Source: Archangium sp. (GTDB lineage Bacteria > Myxococcota > Myxococcia > Myxococcales > Myxococcaceae). From it: a stretch of 26,897 nt of DNA. The stretch is taken from contig JANLPS010000548.1 in the NCBI GenBank assembly GCA_031367385.1, positions 1 through 26,897 of the forward strand, in the 5' to 3' direction. This document shows positions 1 through 8,346 of this stretch, piece by piece. Numbering within the stretch: the first letter of the stretch is position 1; each line of letters begins with the position of its first letter. Below the pieces are notes generated by a model. That model saw only the letters and a list, made by a program, of their open reading frames with translations. It was not told where the DNA came from and did not search any database. The translations under genes and the position numbers were made by a program.

Positions 1-1932
1 CTTCACCTCGAAGCGAAAGGCCGGCGTGTTGGTGAGGCTGGGCAAGACCAGGTCTTGCGAAATCTTGCCGACGCCGGTCTGAGGTGCGCTGCCAATCGGG
101 GCGCCGATCAACGCGGCGCAACGACCGGTCTGGGCCAGGCCCGCGCCGCTGACCACTTCGGCCTTGGCCATCGAGCCGGTCTGATTCGGCGTCCACCCGG
201 TGAGGGAGCAGCCGCCGGCCGCGTCTTCGAAGCCGCCGTTGACCAACAGCTCTTTGCGACCGCCGAGGTAGCCGGTGAAGTCGGCACCCGAGACCACATT
301 GCCCGCGGGGTCTTTGCCGCCACGAATCACGAAGCCGCCCGAGAGGTCGGTCGAGGCCGGTACGGTGATGGTCAAGGTGCCGCTGGTGTTGCCCTGGCTC
401 CAGGTGAACGACTGGGCCACGTTGGCGGCGGCGAAGCTGGTGAAGACCGGAGAGACCGCGGGGTCCATCGGCTCGCTGTAGGAGAGCTGGAGCGCGATGG
501 TCTTGGCGGTGAGCTCGTCGTTGATCGCGTCGACGGTGGTGTTCGAATAGACCGAGCCCGGCTGGGTCGCGGGCGCGATGTTGTCAGAGACCTGCACGCC
601 GGTGGCCGCCGAGGTCGAGCCGGCGTTGCCGTACGCGTCGACCGGCACCACCACGAAGGTGACCTTGTTGCCCTGTGAGAGCGGGTTGCCGTTGTTGAAC
701 GGCGCGTAGACCGACAGGGTCACCCGGCCCGCGCCGGGGGCCAGGGTGGTCTGGGCGACGCGCGCGAACGCCTGGTTGTTGCTCGTGTCTTTGGCGTACA
801 CCCAATAGGTGCTGATGCCGGTCAGGGTGTCGAAGCTGACTCGAAAATTGTTCGTGCTCCAGTCGAACCTCGAGCGGTCGACGTTGACGGGGTCGTTCTG
901 CACGGTCACGTTGGCGACCGGAGTGGCCGGGCCGGTGACGGTGGCCGAGCGAACCTGAAACGAGATCGCGGGGGTGCCGCCGGTGCCGCCGGTGGTGGTC
1001 TGCAAGTTGATCTGCAGCGTGTACTGATCGCCTTCACGCAAGGCCGAGGGCTTGATGGTGACTTCGGTGGGGCTCGTCCACGTCTGGTCGACGGCGACCT
1101 CGAGGCCCACGGTGTTGTCGGTGAGCACGAACTGGCGGCTCACCTGGCCGTTGTACCCGCTGGGGCGCGCCGGCACCGCGAAGGTCAGCTTGATGTCTTC
1201 GGTCGCGGCGATCTCACCGTCGAAGAGGTTGCTGGTGAGCACCCGCTGGCCGACCGTGCCGTAGGTGAGGAAAACGCGCGGCACATTGCCAGCGGCAAAG
1301 AGCACCGCCGAGGCAGAGGTGTATTGGTAATCGGCGAGCCCGTCGGCATTCTCATCGAACCACTGGGCGATCACGGTGTGGTTGATGCCGGTGGGCGCGG
1401 TGGCCAAGCCCTTGATCGAAAAGTTACCCGCCATGTCGGTGGTGGTGGTGACGACCGAGTCGAAGTTGCCGCTGTTGCGCTGGTCGACGTAGACGGTCGC
1501 TCCGACGGCGGGGGTGTTGTTGGGCAGGCGCAGCAGGCCCTTGATCTCGCCATCACCCTTGGCCATGCGCATGTCGCGGGTCGAGAAGCCCGCTGCGAGT
1601 GGAGAGTTGCCGGCGGTCGAGGGCACTGAGCCGTTCGTGATCGAGCGCAGGTAGCCTTCTTTTTCGAAGAGCAACGACGCGTTGCTCGAGACGGTGATGT
1701 CTTTGAGCTCGTAGAGGCCGTCGGCGCTGGTGGTGGCCTTGACGGTGCCGCCTCCGACGATCGCGGTGACCGACACGCCCTCGAGCGGAGCGTTGGTGGC
1801 GTATTCAGTGACGCGGCCGACGATCGAGCCCTTCGGGGTGATCGCCACCTGGGTTTGCTGCTGGTCGTACTTCGAAGACGAGCCACACGCGATCAGTGCG
1901 CTCACGAAGAGCGCGACGAACAGACGAGACAT
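1..1932 (-). CDS. Large surface lipoprotein with carboxypeptidase-regulatory-like/Ig-like beta domains (3' end outside window, >644 aa)
   Basis: Translated by hand because it is not in the ORF track. ATG at 1932 follows a purine-rich AAGGGGA. It begins MSRLFVALFVSALIAC (lipobox LIA-C), then GSIVGRVTEYATNAPLEGVSV...TTSADGLYEL and a second similar unit (PAVGATVYV...TTDMAGNFSIKGL). It has a DENADG motif and Thr/Val/Gly-rich beta domains, and LLVNGGFED...GW near the window edge. The frame is open to position 1. Confidence 0.85.
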   Translation of the reverse strand, partial: MSRLFVALFVSALIACGSSSKYDQQQTQVAITPKGSIVGRVTEYATNAPLEGVSVTAIVGGGTVKATTSADGLYELKDITVSSNASLLFEKEGYLRSITNGSVPSTAGNSPLAAGFSTRDMRMAKGDGEIKGLLRLPNNTPAVGATVYVDQRNSGNFDSVVTTTTDMAGNFSIKGLATAPTGINHTVIAQWFDENADGLADYQYTSASAVLFAAGNVPRVFLTYGTVGQRVLTSNLFDGEIAATEDIKLTFAVPARPSGYNGQVSRQFVLTDNTVGLEVAVDQTWTSPTEVTIKPSALREGDQYTLQINLQTTTGGTGGTPAISFQVRSATVTGPATPVANVTVQNDPVNVDRSRFDWSTNNFRVSFDTLTGISTYWVYAKDTSNNQAFARVAQTTLAPGAGRVTLSVYAPFNNGNPLSQGNKVTFVVVPVDAYGNAGSTSAATGVQVSDNIAPATQPGSVYSNTTVDAINDELTAKTIALQLSYSEPMDPAVSPVFTSFAAANVAQSFTWSQGNTSGTLTITVPASTDLSGGFVIRGGKDPAGNVVSGADFTGYLGGRKELLVNGGFEDAAGGCSLTGWTPNQTGSMAKAEVVSGAGLAQTGRCAALIGAPIGSAPQTGVGKISQDLVLPSLTNTPAFRFEVK

Positions 1933-2219
1933 GATTGGGTTCCCCTTGGGTTCAGGCGATGGACGCGGCGAAAAGTGTGCGGACTGTAGCCGCGTCTTGC
2001 TGACTTGCAACGGTTCTGACCAACGCACGTGGTCGACGCGCGGCGGCCGAGTGCCTGTCGCAGGTGCTTCGGGTGCCCGCTTGGCTCAAGTGCTTTTCGA
2101 AGGTCGCCCGCGGTGATTGAGGTAGGGTTCGCGCCAAAATGAACCCGCGGTCGATCGTCGAAATGCCTACGCTGCAATATATCGCCGAGCCCACGACGCC
2201 TCGAGGAGCACTCTAAATC

Positions 2220-2951
2220 GTGTGGCGAGCCCTTCTTTTCGCGCTGACCGTTGGCTACGTGATGCCGGCTTTTTCGATTCTCAAGCGGCTGGCGAACCAG
2301 CGTGACGAGCTGACCCTGACCGCGCTCAAGCTCGACGGCCTCGGGGCGGCGAGCCCGACGCTCTCACGAGAGCTCTCGGCCGCGATGGGCACCAACTGGG
2401 TTTCAGGTGAGCTCTCATTGACCGCGACGGTGTCGATGCGGCTGCCAGGGCGCTGCCGGCTCGACCTGACCTCGACCGAGTCGACCAAGGCGATCTCGGT
2501 CATCTCGAACAATGGCAAGCGACGGGTCGAGGGCCCGGCGTTCGCTCCGGCGCAGGTCGCGTTGGAGCAGGCCTGCGCGCTGCTCGCCCTGCACTCAGGC
2601 ACCGAGGGAGAGACCCGCGGCGCGCTCGACCGGCACCTGTCGGCGCTCAAGGTCGATACGCATCAGGTGAGCCTCGAGCGGTTCGCCGGCACGGTGGCCT
2701 TCGTGTTGGGCAATCGCAAAGAGGGCTCGCCGCAGTTCTGGGTCTACAAAGAGCGGTTCTTGCCGGCGCGGGTGCGCTTCACCGACGACGCTGGAGCGGA
2801 GTGGGACGTGCGTTTCATCGACTACACCTCGCAGGCCACCGGAGACTGGTTTCCCCGCGTGATTGAGGTGTACGGCGGCGAAGAGCTGCAGTTTCGAATG
2901 TCGATACTCGCGAGCGACACCAGGCCGAACGTCGACGCGATGAAGTTTTAG
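2220..2951 (+). CDS. Hypothetical exported protein, possibly LolA-like/lipoprotein-sorting fold
   Basis: 243-aa ORF with GAGGAG upstream of the GTG start and a hydrophobic N-terminus. The beta-rich pattern (PGRCRLDL, PQFWVYKERFLPARVRF, WDVRFIDY, WFPRVIEV) resembles LolA-like folds; the fold is an inference. Confidence 0.65.
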   Translation: MWRALLFALTVGYVMPAFSILKRLANQRDELTLTALKLDGLGAASPTLSRELSAAMGTNWVSGELSLTATVSMRLPGRCRLDLTSTESTKAISVISNNGKRRVEGPAFAPAQVALEQACALLALHSGTEGETRGALDRHLSALKVDTHQVSLERFAGTVAFVLGNRKEGSPQFWVYKERFLPARVRFTDDAGAEWDVRFIDYTSQATGDWFPRVIEVYGGEELQFRMSILASDTRPNVDAMKF

Positions 2952-2971
2952 GCAGGCCAAGCCGTCACCCT

Positions 2972-5900
2972 TTAAAGACACAGGCCGAGCAAGACGCTCT
3001 GGTAGGTCTGCACCAGCTTGGGCCCGATGCCGGTGACGTTTCGCAGCGCGGCCGGGGTGGTGGGCCGGGCGTCTGCGAGCGCGACCAGGGCCCGGTTGGT
3101 CAGCACTCGAAATGCGGGCACCCTGCGGCGACGGGCCTCTTCGAGTCGCCACGCGCGCAACCGCTCGACCAGGGCTGCACTGGGCCCGCCGGTGGGTAAG
3201 GTCACCGGGCGAAGGGCTCCTGCTGTCTTCACTCGCTGGCGCCGGTTCGACTTTGGTTTTCGCGCCGCCCGCTTGGAGGGTTTGGCCAAGGGCACGGCGA
3301 GCTCGACGCCCCGGGCGCCGTGGGCTGCGCGGCCCACCGGGTAGAGGCGGTGAAAGCCGATGGTCTGCCCGTTCTTCTCGAACGTGGCGTCTTCGACCCG
3401 CACCAGCCCCGCGCGGCGCAGCCCGGTGACGAACCGCTCGAATTGAGGCCGTGCGGTGGGTGCCTCGCCCAACACCTCGCGGCACAGCCGGCCGCTGGCC
3501 TGCCCCGGGTCATCGACGATTCGGCGGAGCACCTCGTCGAGCTGCGCGTGCTCGGCGGGCGACGGGGCGGCCACGAGCGCGCCGATGCACGCTTTCGGGG
3601 CGCAGACATCACAGCGCCCGCAGGCACCGGCCGTGTCGGCGTCGTCTCCGAAGTGGCGTACCAACGCGACCATGCGGCACCCGTGGCCCGAGGCGAACCT
3701 GGCGACCAGGTTGAGCTGCTCGACGCGACGCGCGCGCTGTGCGGCATACGGCGCCGGCCAATCGTCGTGGCCTTTGACCAGCTGATCTTCGGCGACTCCG
3801 TGAACGCCGCCGTGCACCCAGAGCTTCTCGAGCGCTTTTTCGAAGTCGTCGACCTTGACCCGGGTGCGCTTGCGGAGCGCCTCGGCCTGTTGCGGCACGG
3901 CATCGAGCGCGCGGGCCAACGTGCGCAACACCTTCGGGTCGGGGTAGTCGCGTTGCAGAAAAAATTCGTGGGTCTTGCGGTCAGCGAAGTGGTGCATCAG
4001 CAGCGCGCGAGAGGGCTTGGCGTCGCGACCGGCGCGGCCGATCTCCTGGTAGTACGACTCGATGCTGCCTGGCAGGGCGAGGTGCACGACGGTACGAATG
4101 TCGGCTTTGTCGACCCCCATGCCGAACGCGACGGTGGCGACGACGACGTCGAGGGCGCCCGACAAGAACGCCGTCTGCACGGCGTCGCGCCGCTCGGCCG
4201 ACAGGCCCGCGTGGTACGCCTCGACCCGGTGAGCGCCAGACAGCTCGTCGGCCACCGACTGGGCGAGCTTGCGGGTGGGTGCGTAGACGATGGCGGGCAA
4301 CCGGCCGGGCCCCGCGAGCCAGCTTCGGGTGAGCGCGGCGCGCTGGGTGGGGCTCACTTCGACCGCTTCGATCGCGAGGTTCTCGCGTCGAAACCCGTGA
4401 ATGAAGCGCTTGGCACCGGCACCGAGGCCGAGCTGCTCGATGATGTCGTGCTGAACGATGGGTGTGGCTGTCGCCGTCAGCGCGACCACGGGGGCCGGCC
4501 GCAACGAGGGCAAGCGTTGACCCAGCAAGCGGTAATCGGGCCTGAAGTCATGGCCCCACTGCGAGATGCAGTGCGCCTCGTCGATGGCGATCAACGCGAG
4601 CGGCCGCTTGGCCAGGAGCGCCGAGAAGCCGGGCACCCCGAGGCGCTCGGGCGCGATGAAGAGGTAGTCGAGGCGACCTTCGAGGTAGTCGGTGCACACC
4701 GCGCGAGACTCGAGCCGGTTCCGGCCGGAGTGAATGCGCTCGGCGCGAAGCCCCAATGACTGCAGGCGAGCGACCTGGTCTTCCATCAAGGCGATCAGGG
4801 GGCTGACGACGAGCGTGGTGCCGCCTCGGGCCAGACCGGGCAGCTGGTAGCACAGCGACTTCCCCGCGCCGGTGGGCATCACCAGGAGGAGGTCATGACC
4901 GTCGGCCGCCGCCTCGCAGACGGCGCGCTGGTGGGGGCGAAATGAAGAGAACCCGAAGGTGCGCCGGAGGTGCTCGTCGAGCGAGACATTCGGCGGGCGG
5001 GCTCGATCGGTGCTCTGTGAGGCCGCGGCGCCGAGGCCGGGTTTTGCTTCGAGCCCCGGCGCGGTGACTCGTGGCGTCGCGGCAGGGCCAGTCGTGCTGG
5101 TGTCGCGAGCGCCCAATTGCACGGCGCGTGAGCCCGACAGTTGAGCGACCTCGGCGACTCGAAGCGTCGCGCCCGTGCCAGTCGTGCTGCTTTCTCTGTC
5201 AGCGGATTGCAAGGCGCGTGACCCGGGCGCCTGAGCGACCCCGGCGACTCGAAGCGTCGCGCCCGTGCCAGTCGTGCCGGTTTCGCGAATGCCGAATTGC
5301 ACGGCCCGTGACCCCGACGGTTGAGCGATCGCGGCGGCTGTTCGCGCCCGACTCACGCCAGCACCGCCCAGGGCTGGCGTCGCATTCGGCACGCGCGAAC
5401 CGCTCGCCGAGCGCGGGGCTCGAGGAGGGCCGCCCGGGGGCGCACCACCCAACGGCGGCAGGGTCGGAGGCACCCGGCCAACCACCGCCCTCACATACGC
5501 CTCGACCCGCTCGACGAAAGGCCCCAACGCTTCGTGACCTCTGGCGATGCGTTGAAGCCGCGCCTCCCATTCGCCCGTCATCGCGGCGCTCTTCACCTCG
5601 GCGTCGACCACCGCAATCAACCCGATGCCCCGTTCGGTTGGCTGCAGCACCTTGCCGTCGCGACACACGTACTGCCGGGTGAGCAACGTCTCGATGATGC
5701 TCGCCCGTGTCGCAGGGGTCCCCAGACCGCTGTCCTTCATCGCGTCGGAGAGCTCTTTCTCGTCGAGCGTCTTGCCGGCGGTCTCCATCGCGGTGAGGAG
5801 CATCGCGTCGTTGAACCGCGGCGGAGGCCTCGTACGCCGCGCCAGCACCTTCGCGTCGAGCACCCGCTGTACCTGGCCCTCCGCGAGCCCAGCCGGCAGC

Positions 5901-7288
5901 ATCGCCTCGTCACCCTCCTCGTTCTTCTTCTCACGCGGAGGCTTCGCGTCGCCCAGGTCGAGCACCTTCCACCCGAGGTGCTCGATGGCGGTACCGTGAC
6001 TTCGGTAGTGGTCAACCAACCCCGCATCGTGAAGGTCGGTCACCACGACCGTCGCCGCCCAGACGAAGTCGTCATGCCAGGCCTGCAACAGCCGCCGGCA
6101 CACCAGGTCGAATACCCGCCGCTCGTCAGCGCTGAGCGAACGGCCCGCCGCCGACACCGTGGTGGGTATGATCGCGTGGTGATCACTGACCTTTGCGTCA
6201 TCGACGAAGCGCTGGCTCAGAGCCCTCACGCCCGTCTGCGGCGCGAGGTTTGCCTCATACGGAGCCCGAATGACCGCGACCACCGCCGGCAGCGTGCCCC
6301 CCACCTCGAGTGAGAGGTGGCGGCTGTCGGTGCGCGGGTAACTGATGACTTTGTGCCGCTCGTAGAGGGCTTGCGCGACCTCGAGCGTGTGTTGGGCCGA
6401 AAACCCGAAGAGCCGGTTGCAGTGCCGTTGCAGCTCGGTGAGATCATAGAGCAGTGGCGCCGGCATCTTCTTGGTCTGCGAGCTCACCGACGCGACCCGC
6501 GCCTCACCGCGGAGCGCCCGAGCGACGATGTGTTGCGCCCGTTCACCACTTTCGGGCAACCGGGTTGGGTGCTCGGTGGCCTTTGCGTCGAACCAGGTGC
6601 CCTTGTACGCGCTCGTCGTATTCGCCGCGAAGGTCGCGACGACCTCGAGATACGCCTGGGGCACGAAGTCGCGAATCGCCAGCTCTCGCTCGACCAGCAT
6701 CGCCAGCGTCGGAGTCTGCACCCGCCCGACTGACAACGGCGCGGTCAGCGCGAGACCGTAGGCCCGCGACAAGTTCATGCCCACCAGCCAGTCGGCCCTG
6801 CTCCGCCCGGCGGCAGCGTTCGCGAGCGCGTCGAAATCAGCGGCGGGGCGCAGCGCCCGAAACCCCTCGCGAATCGCGTTCTCGGTGAGCGACGAGACCC
6901 ACAACCGTTGCACGGGTTTTCGGCAGCCGGCTGCCTCGGCGATGAGCCTGAAAATCAGCTCGCCTTCTCGGCCCGCGTCGGTCGCGCAAATGACCGAGGT
7001 GACCTGGGGGTCGTTGAGCACGCGGCGCACCACCTCGAACTGGCCTCGCGTCGCCTCGAACACCGTCAACGGCCACCGAGAAGGCAGCATCGGCAGGTCT
7101 TCGCGCCGCCAGCGCCGCCATTCGGGGCGAATGCCTTCGGGCTCGGCCAACCCGACCAGGTGGCCAATGGCCCAGGTGACGATGTAGCCGTTGCCCGTGA
7201 GCGTACCCTCGCCGCGGCGGGTGGCGCCGAGCACGGCCGCAAGGTCGCGGCCAACGGAGGGTTTTTCAGCGAGAACGGCGATCGTCAT
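2972..7288 (-). CDS. topB: DNA topoisomerase III (type IA) fused to RecQ-family ATP-dependent helicase with Zn-binding and HRDC domains
   Basis: Topoisomerase motifs: LAEKPS, ATDAGREGE (TOPRIM), GRVQTP, ISYPRTDS (catalytic Tyr), HHAIIPT, GLGTPATRA. RecQ motifs: MPTGAGKSLCYQ, DEAHCISQWGHDFRPDY, TATA, ATVAFGMGVDKADIR, YYQEIGRAGRD, CR...CGRCDVC. C-terminal HRDC: LRAWRLEEARRRRVPAFRVLTNRAL...GIGP. One uninterrupted 1438-aa frame. Confidence 0.95.
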   Translation of the reverse strand: MTIAVLAEKPSVGRDLAAVLGATRRGEGTLTGNGYIVTWAIGHLVGLAEPEGIRPEWRRWRREDLPMLPSRWPLTVFEATRGQFEVVRRVLNDPQVTSVICATDAGREGELIFRLIAEAAGCRKPVQRLWVSSLTENAIREGFRALRPAADFDALANAAAGRSRADWLVGMNLSRAYGLALTAPLSVGRVQTPTLAMLVERELAIRDFVPQAYLEVVATFAANTTSAYKGTWFDAKATEHPTRLPESGERAQHIVARALRGEARVASVSSQTKKMPAPLLYDLTELQRHCNRLFGFSAQHTLEVAQALYERHKVISYPRTDSRHLSLEVGGTLPAVVAVIRAPYEANLAPQTGVRALSQRFVDDAKVSDHHAIIPTTVSAAGRSLSADERRVFDLVCRRLLQAWHDDFVWAATVVVTDLHDAGLVDHYRSHGTAIEHLGWKVLDLGDAKPPREKKNEEGDEAMLPAGLAEGQVQRVLDAKVLARRTRPPPRFNDAMLLTAMETAGKTLDEKELSDAMKDSGLGTPATRASIIETLLTRQYVCRDGKVLQPTERGIGLIAVVDAEVKSAAMTGEWEARLQRIARGHEALGPFVERVEAYVRAVVGRVPPTLPPLGGAPPGGPPRAPRSASGSRVPNATPALGGAGVSRARTAAAIAQPSGSRAVQFGIRETGTTGTGATLRVAGVAQAPGSRALQSADRESSTTGTGATLRVAEVAQLSGSRAVQLGARDTSTTGPAATPRVTAPGLEAKPGLGAAASQSTDRARPPNVSLDEHLRRTFGFSSFRPHQRAVCEAAADGHDLLLVMPTGAGKSLCYQLPGLARGGTTLVVSPLIALMEDQVARLQSLGLRAERIHSGRNRLESRAVCTDYLEGRLDYLFIAPERLGVPGFSALLAKRPLALIAIDEAHCISQWGHDFRPDYRLLGQRLPSLRPAPVVALTATATPIVQHDIIEQLGLGAGAKRFIHGFRRENLAIEAVEVSPTQRAALTRSWLAGPGRLPAIVYAPTRKLAQSVADELSGAHRVEAYHAGLSAERRDAVQTAFLSGALDVVVATVAFGMGVDKADIRTVVHLALPGSIESYYQEIGRAGRDAKPSRALLMHHFADRKTHEFFLQRDYPDPKVLRTLARALDAVPQQAEALRKRTRVKVDDFEKALEKLWVHGGVHGVAEDQLVKGHDDWPAPYAAQRARRVEQLNLVARFASGHGCRMVALVRHFGDDADTAGACGRCDVCAPKACIGALVAAPSPAEHAQLDEVLRRIVDDPGQASGRLCREVLGEAPTARPQFERFVTGLRRAGLVRVEDATFEKNGQTIGFHRLYPVGRAAHGARGVELAVPLAKPSKRAARKPKSNRRQRVKTAGALRPVTLPTGGPSAALVERLRAWRLEEARRRRVPAFRVLTNRALVALADARPTTPAALRNVTGIGPKLVQTYQSVLLGLCL
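5061..5330. repeat. Three degenerate tandem 90-nt repeats (30-aa units) in the TopB-RecQ linker
   Basis: Units are 5061-5150, 5151-5240 and 5241-5330. Copies 2 and 3 share an identical 36-nt stretch, cggcgactcgaagcgtcgcgcccgtgccagtcgtgc. The protein unit is roughly VAQxxGSRAvQxxxRexxTTGtgATlRV. Confidence 0.9.
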
Positions 7289-7453
7289 ACGTCGCGCAGG
7301 TGTACCTCAGGGGTCTGACAGGTGCTCTTCAGACATCGACACCGAACGACACCGAACCCGGGCGCCGGCCACCGAGGGGCTGGCTGGTTCTCCCTTCGCC
7401 GCGCCGCGCGGGCCCATGGTCAGGCTCCCCCGGCTGGGCGGAGCACCCGCGCT

Positions 7454-7520
7454 TTGACATGTCGAATTTTATAATCATGATTATAATCATACATGCCATA
7501 TGCATGACTTATTTATGCAA
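7454..7520. promoter_or_regulatory. AT-rich palindromic element, copy 1, in the divergent topB-recQ / MBL intergenic region
   Basis: Perfect 18-bp palindrome TTATAATCATGATTATAA (7469-7486) overlaps a perfect 14-bp palindrome ATGATTATAATCAT (7477-7490), followed by ATATGCATG (7498-7506). It stands out sharply against the GC-rich background. The regulatory role is inferred. Confidence 0.6.
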
Positions 7521-7564
7521 GCAGATGAGCCGGCCCGCTTCGCTTGGGGTAAACACCTCTTCGC

Positions 7565-8323
7565 ATGCGGTTGAACCGCCTCGACGACTACCAATCGTGG
7601 CTGCTCGAAGTCGCCGGGCGTCGCATCGCCATCGACCCGTGGCTCACGCACGAACTGTCATTGCCGCCTGGGCACTGGTTGTTCGGCCGACGTCGCGACC
7701 TGGTGCCCACCGCGAAAGAGGCGATCGCCGATGTCGACGCGCTTCTGCTGACGGGGCCCTTCTCAGACCACTGCGACCCCCAGACCCTCTCGGTATTGCC
7801 TCGTGACCTGCCGGCGTTCGCGAACGCTCCAGCGGCCCGGCGGCTCCGTGCGATGGGCTTCACTCGGGTGACGACGCTTCATGATGGAGAGACCGCGGTG
7901 CCGTTTGCCGGGGTGAAGATCGAGGCCGTGCGGCCTGGCTTCCCCTATCGGCACAACTCGCTCGGGTACCTCATCAGCGAGCCCAGCACGCGGCTGTACT
8001 TCGAGACCCACACGGTCGACGTCCAACGCCACGCGGCGCGAATCTCGGGTGTCGATGTGGCGGTCATGCCGGTGCAGGGCGTGTGGTTGTTCGGCATACC
8101 CTTCGTGATGTCTGCCGAGCGGGCCCTCGCAGTGACGCAGGCGATCGCCCCCAAGGTGGTGGTGCCGACGGGCAACGACCCGCACAAAGCGCACGGGCTG
8201 ATGTCGACCGCCATGTTGTCTACGCGCGGCACCATCGCCGACTTCGCCGCACTGCTCGCCCAGTCAGGGTCAACGACCAGATTTTCGAACCCAGGCCCTG
8301 GCGAATCGGTGACGGCGGCCTGA
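7565..8323 (+). CDS. MBL-fold metallo-hydrolase (Lactamase_B_3-like)
   Basis: Contains SWLLEVAGRRIAIDPWL, a degenerate metal motif LLTGPFSDHCD, LGYLI, LYFETH and PKVVVPT. Confidence 0.8.
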   Translation: MRLNRLDDYQSWLLEVAGRRIAIDPWLTHELSLPPGHWLFGRRRDLVPTAKEAIADVDALLLTGPFSDHCDPQTLSVLPRDLPAFANAPAARRLRAMGFTRVTTLHDGETAVPFAGVKIEAVRPGFPYRHNSLGYLISEPSTRLYFETHTVDVQRHAARISGVDVAVMPVQGVWLFGIPFVMSAERALAVTQAIAPKVVVPTGNDPHKAHGLMSTAMLSTRGTIADFAALLAQSGSTTRFSNPGPGESVTAA

Positions 8324-8346
8324 ACGCGCGGTAAGCACGGCCGGCG

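Noticed and set aside
5061..5330. 36-nt identical segments at 90-nt period as a mini CRISPR array
   Set aside because: The intervening sequences are homologous to each other, the repeat is in frame inside a CDS, and there are no cas genes in the window.
2972..7288. Calling the fusion a reverse gyrase
   Set aside because: The domain order is topoisomerase then helicase, and the helicase carries RecQ-specific motifs and HRDC, unlike reverse gyrase.
7454..7487. TTGACA plus TATAAT as a consensus sigma-70 promoter
   Set aside because: The spacers are 10 and 22 nt rather than 16-18, so it is not called as a canonical promoter.
7459..7530. Ile-rich peptide MSNFIIMIIIIHAICM as an attenuator leader
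   Set aside because: There is no nearby stop or terminator/antiterminator, the downstream genes are not for amino-acid biosynthesis, and the ATN periodicity of the DNA element explains the peptide.
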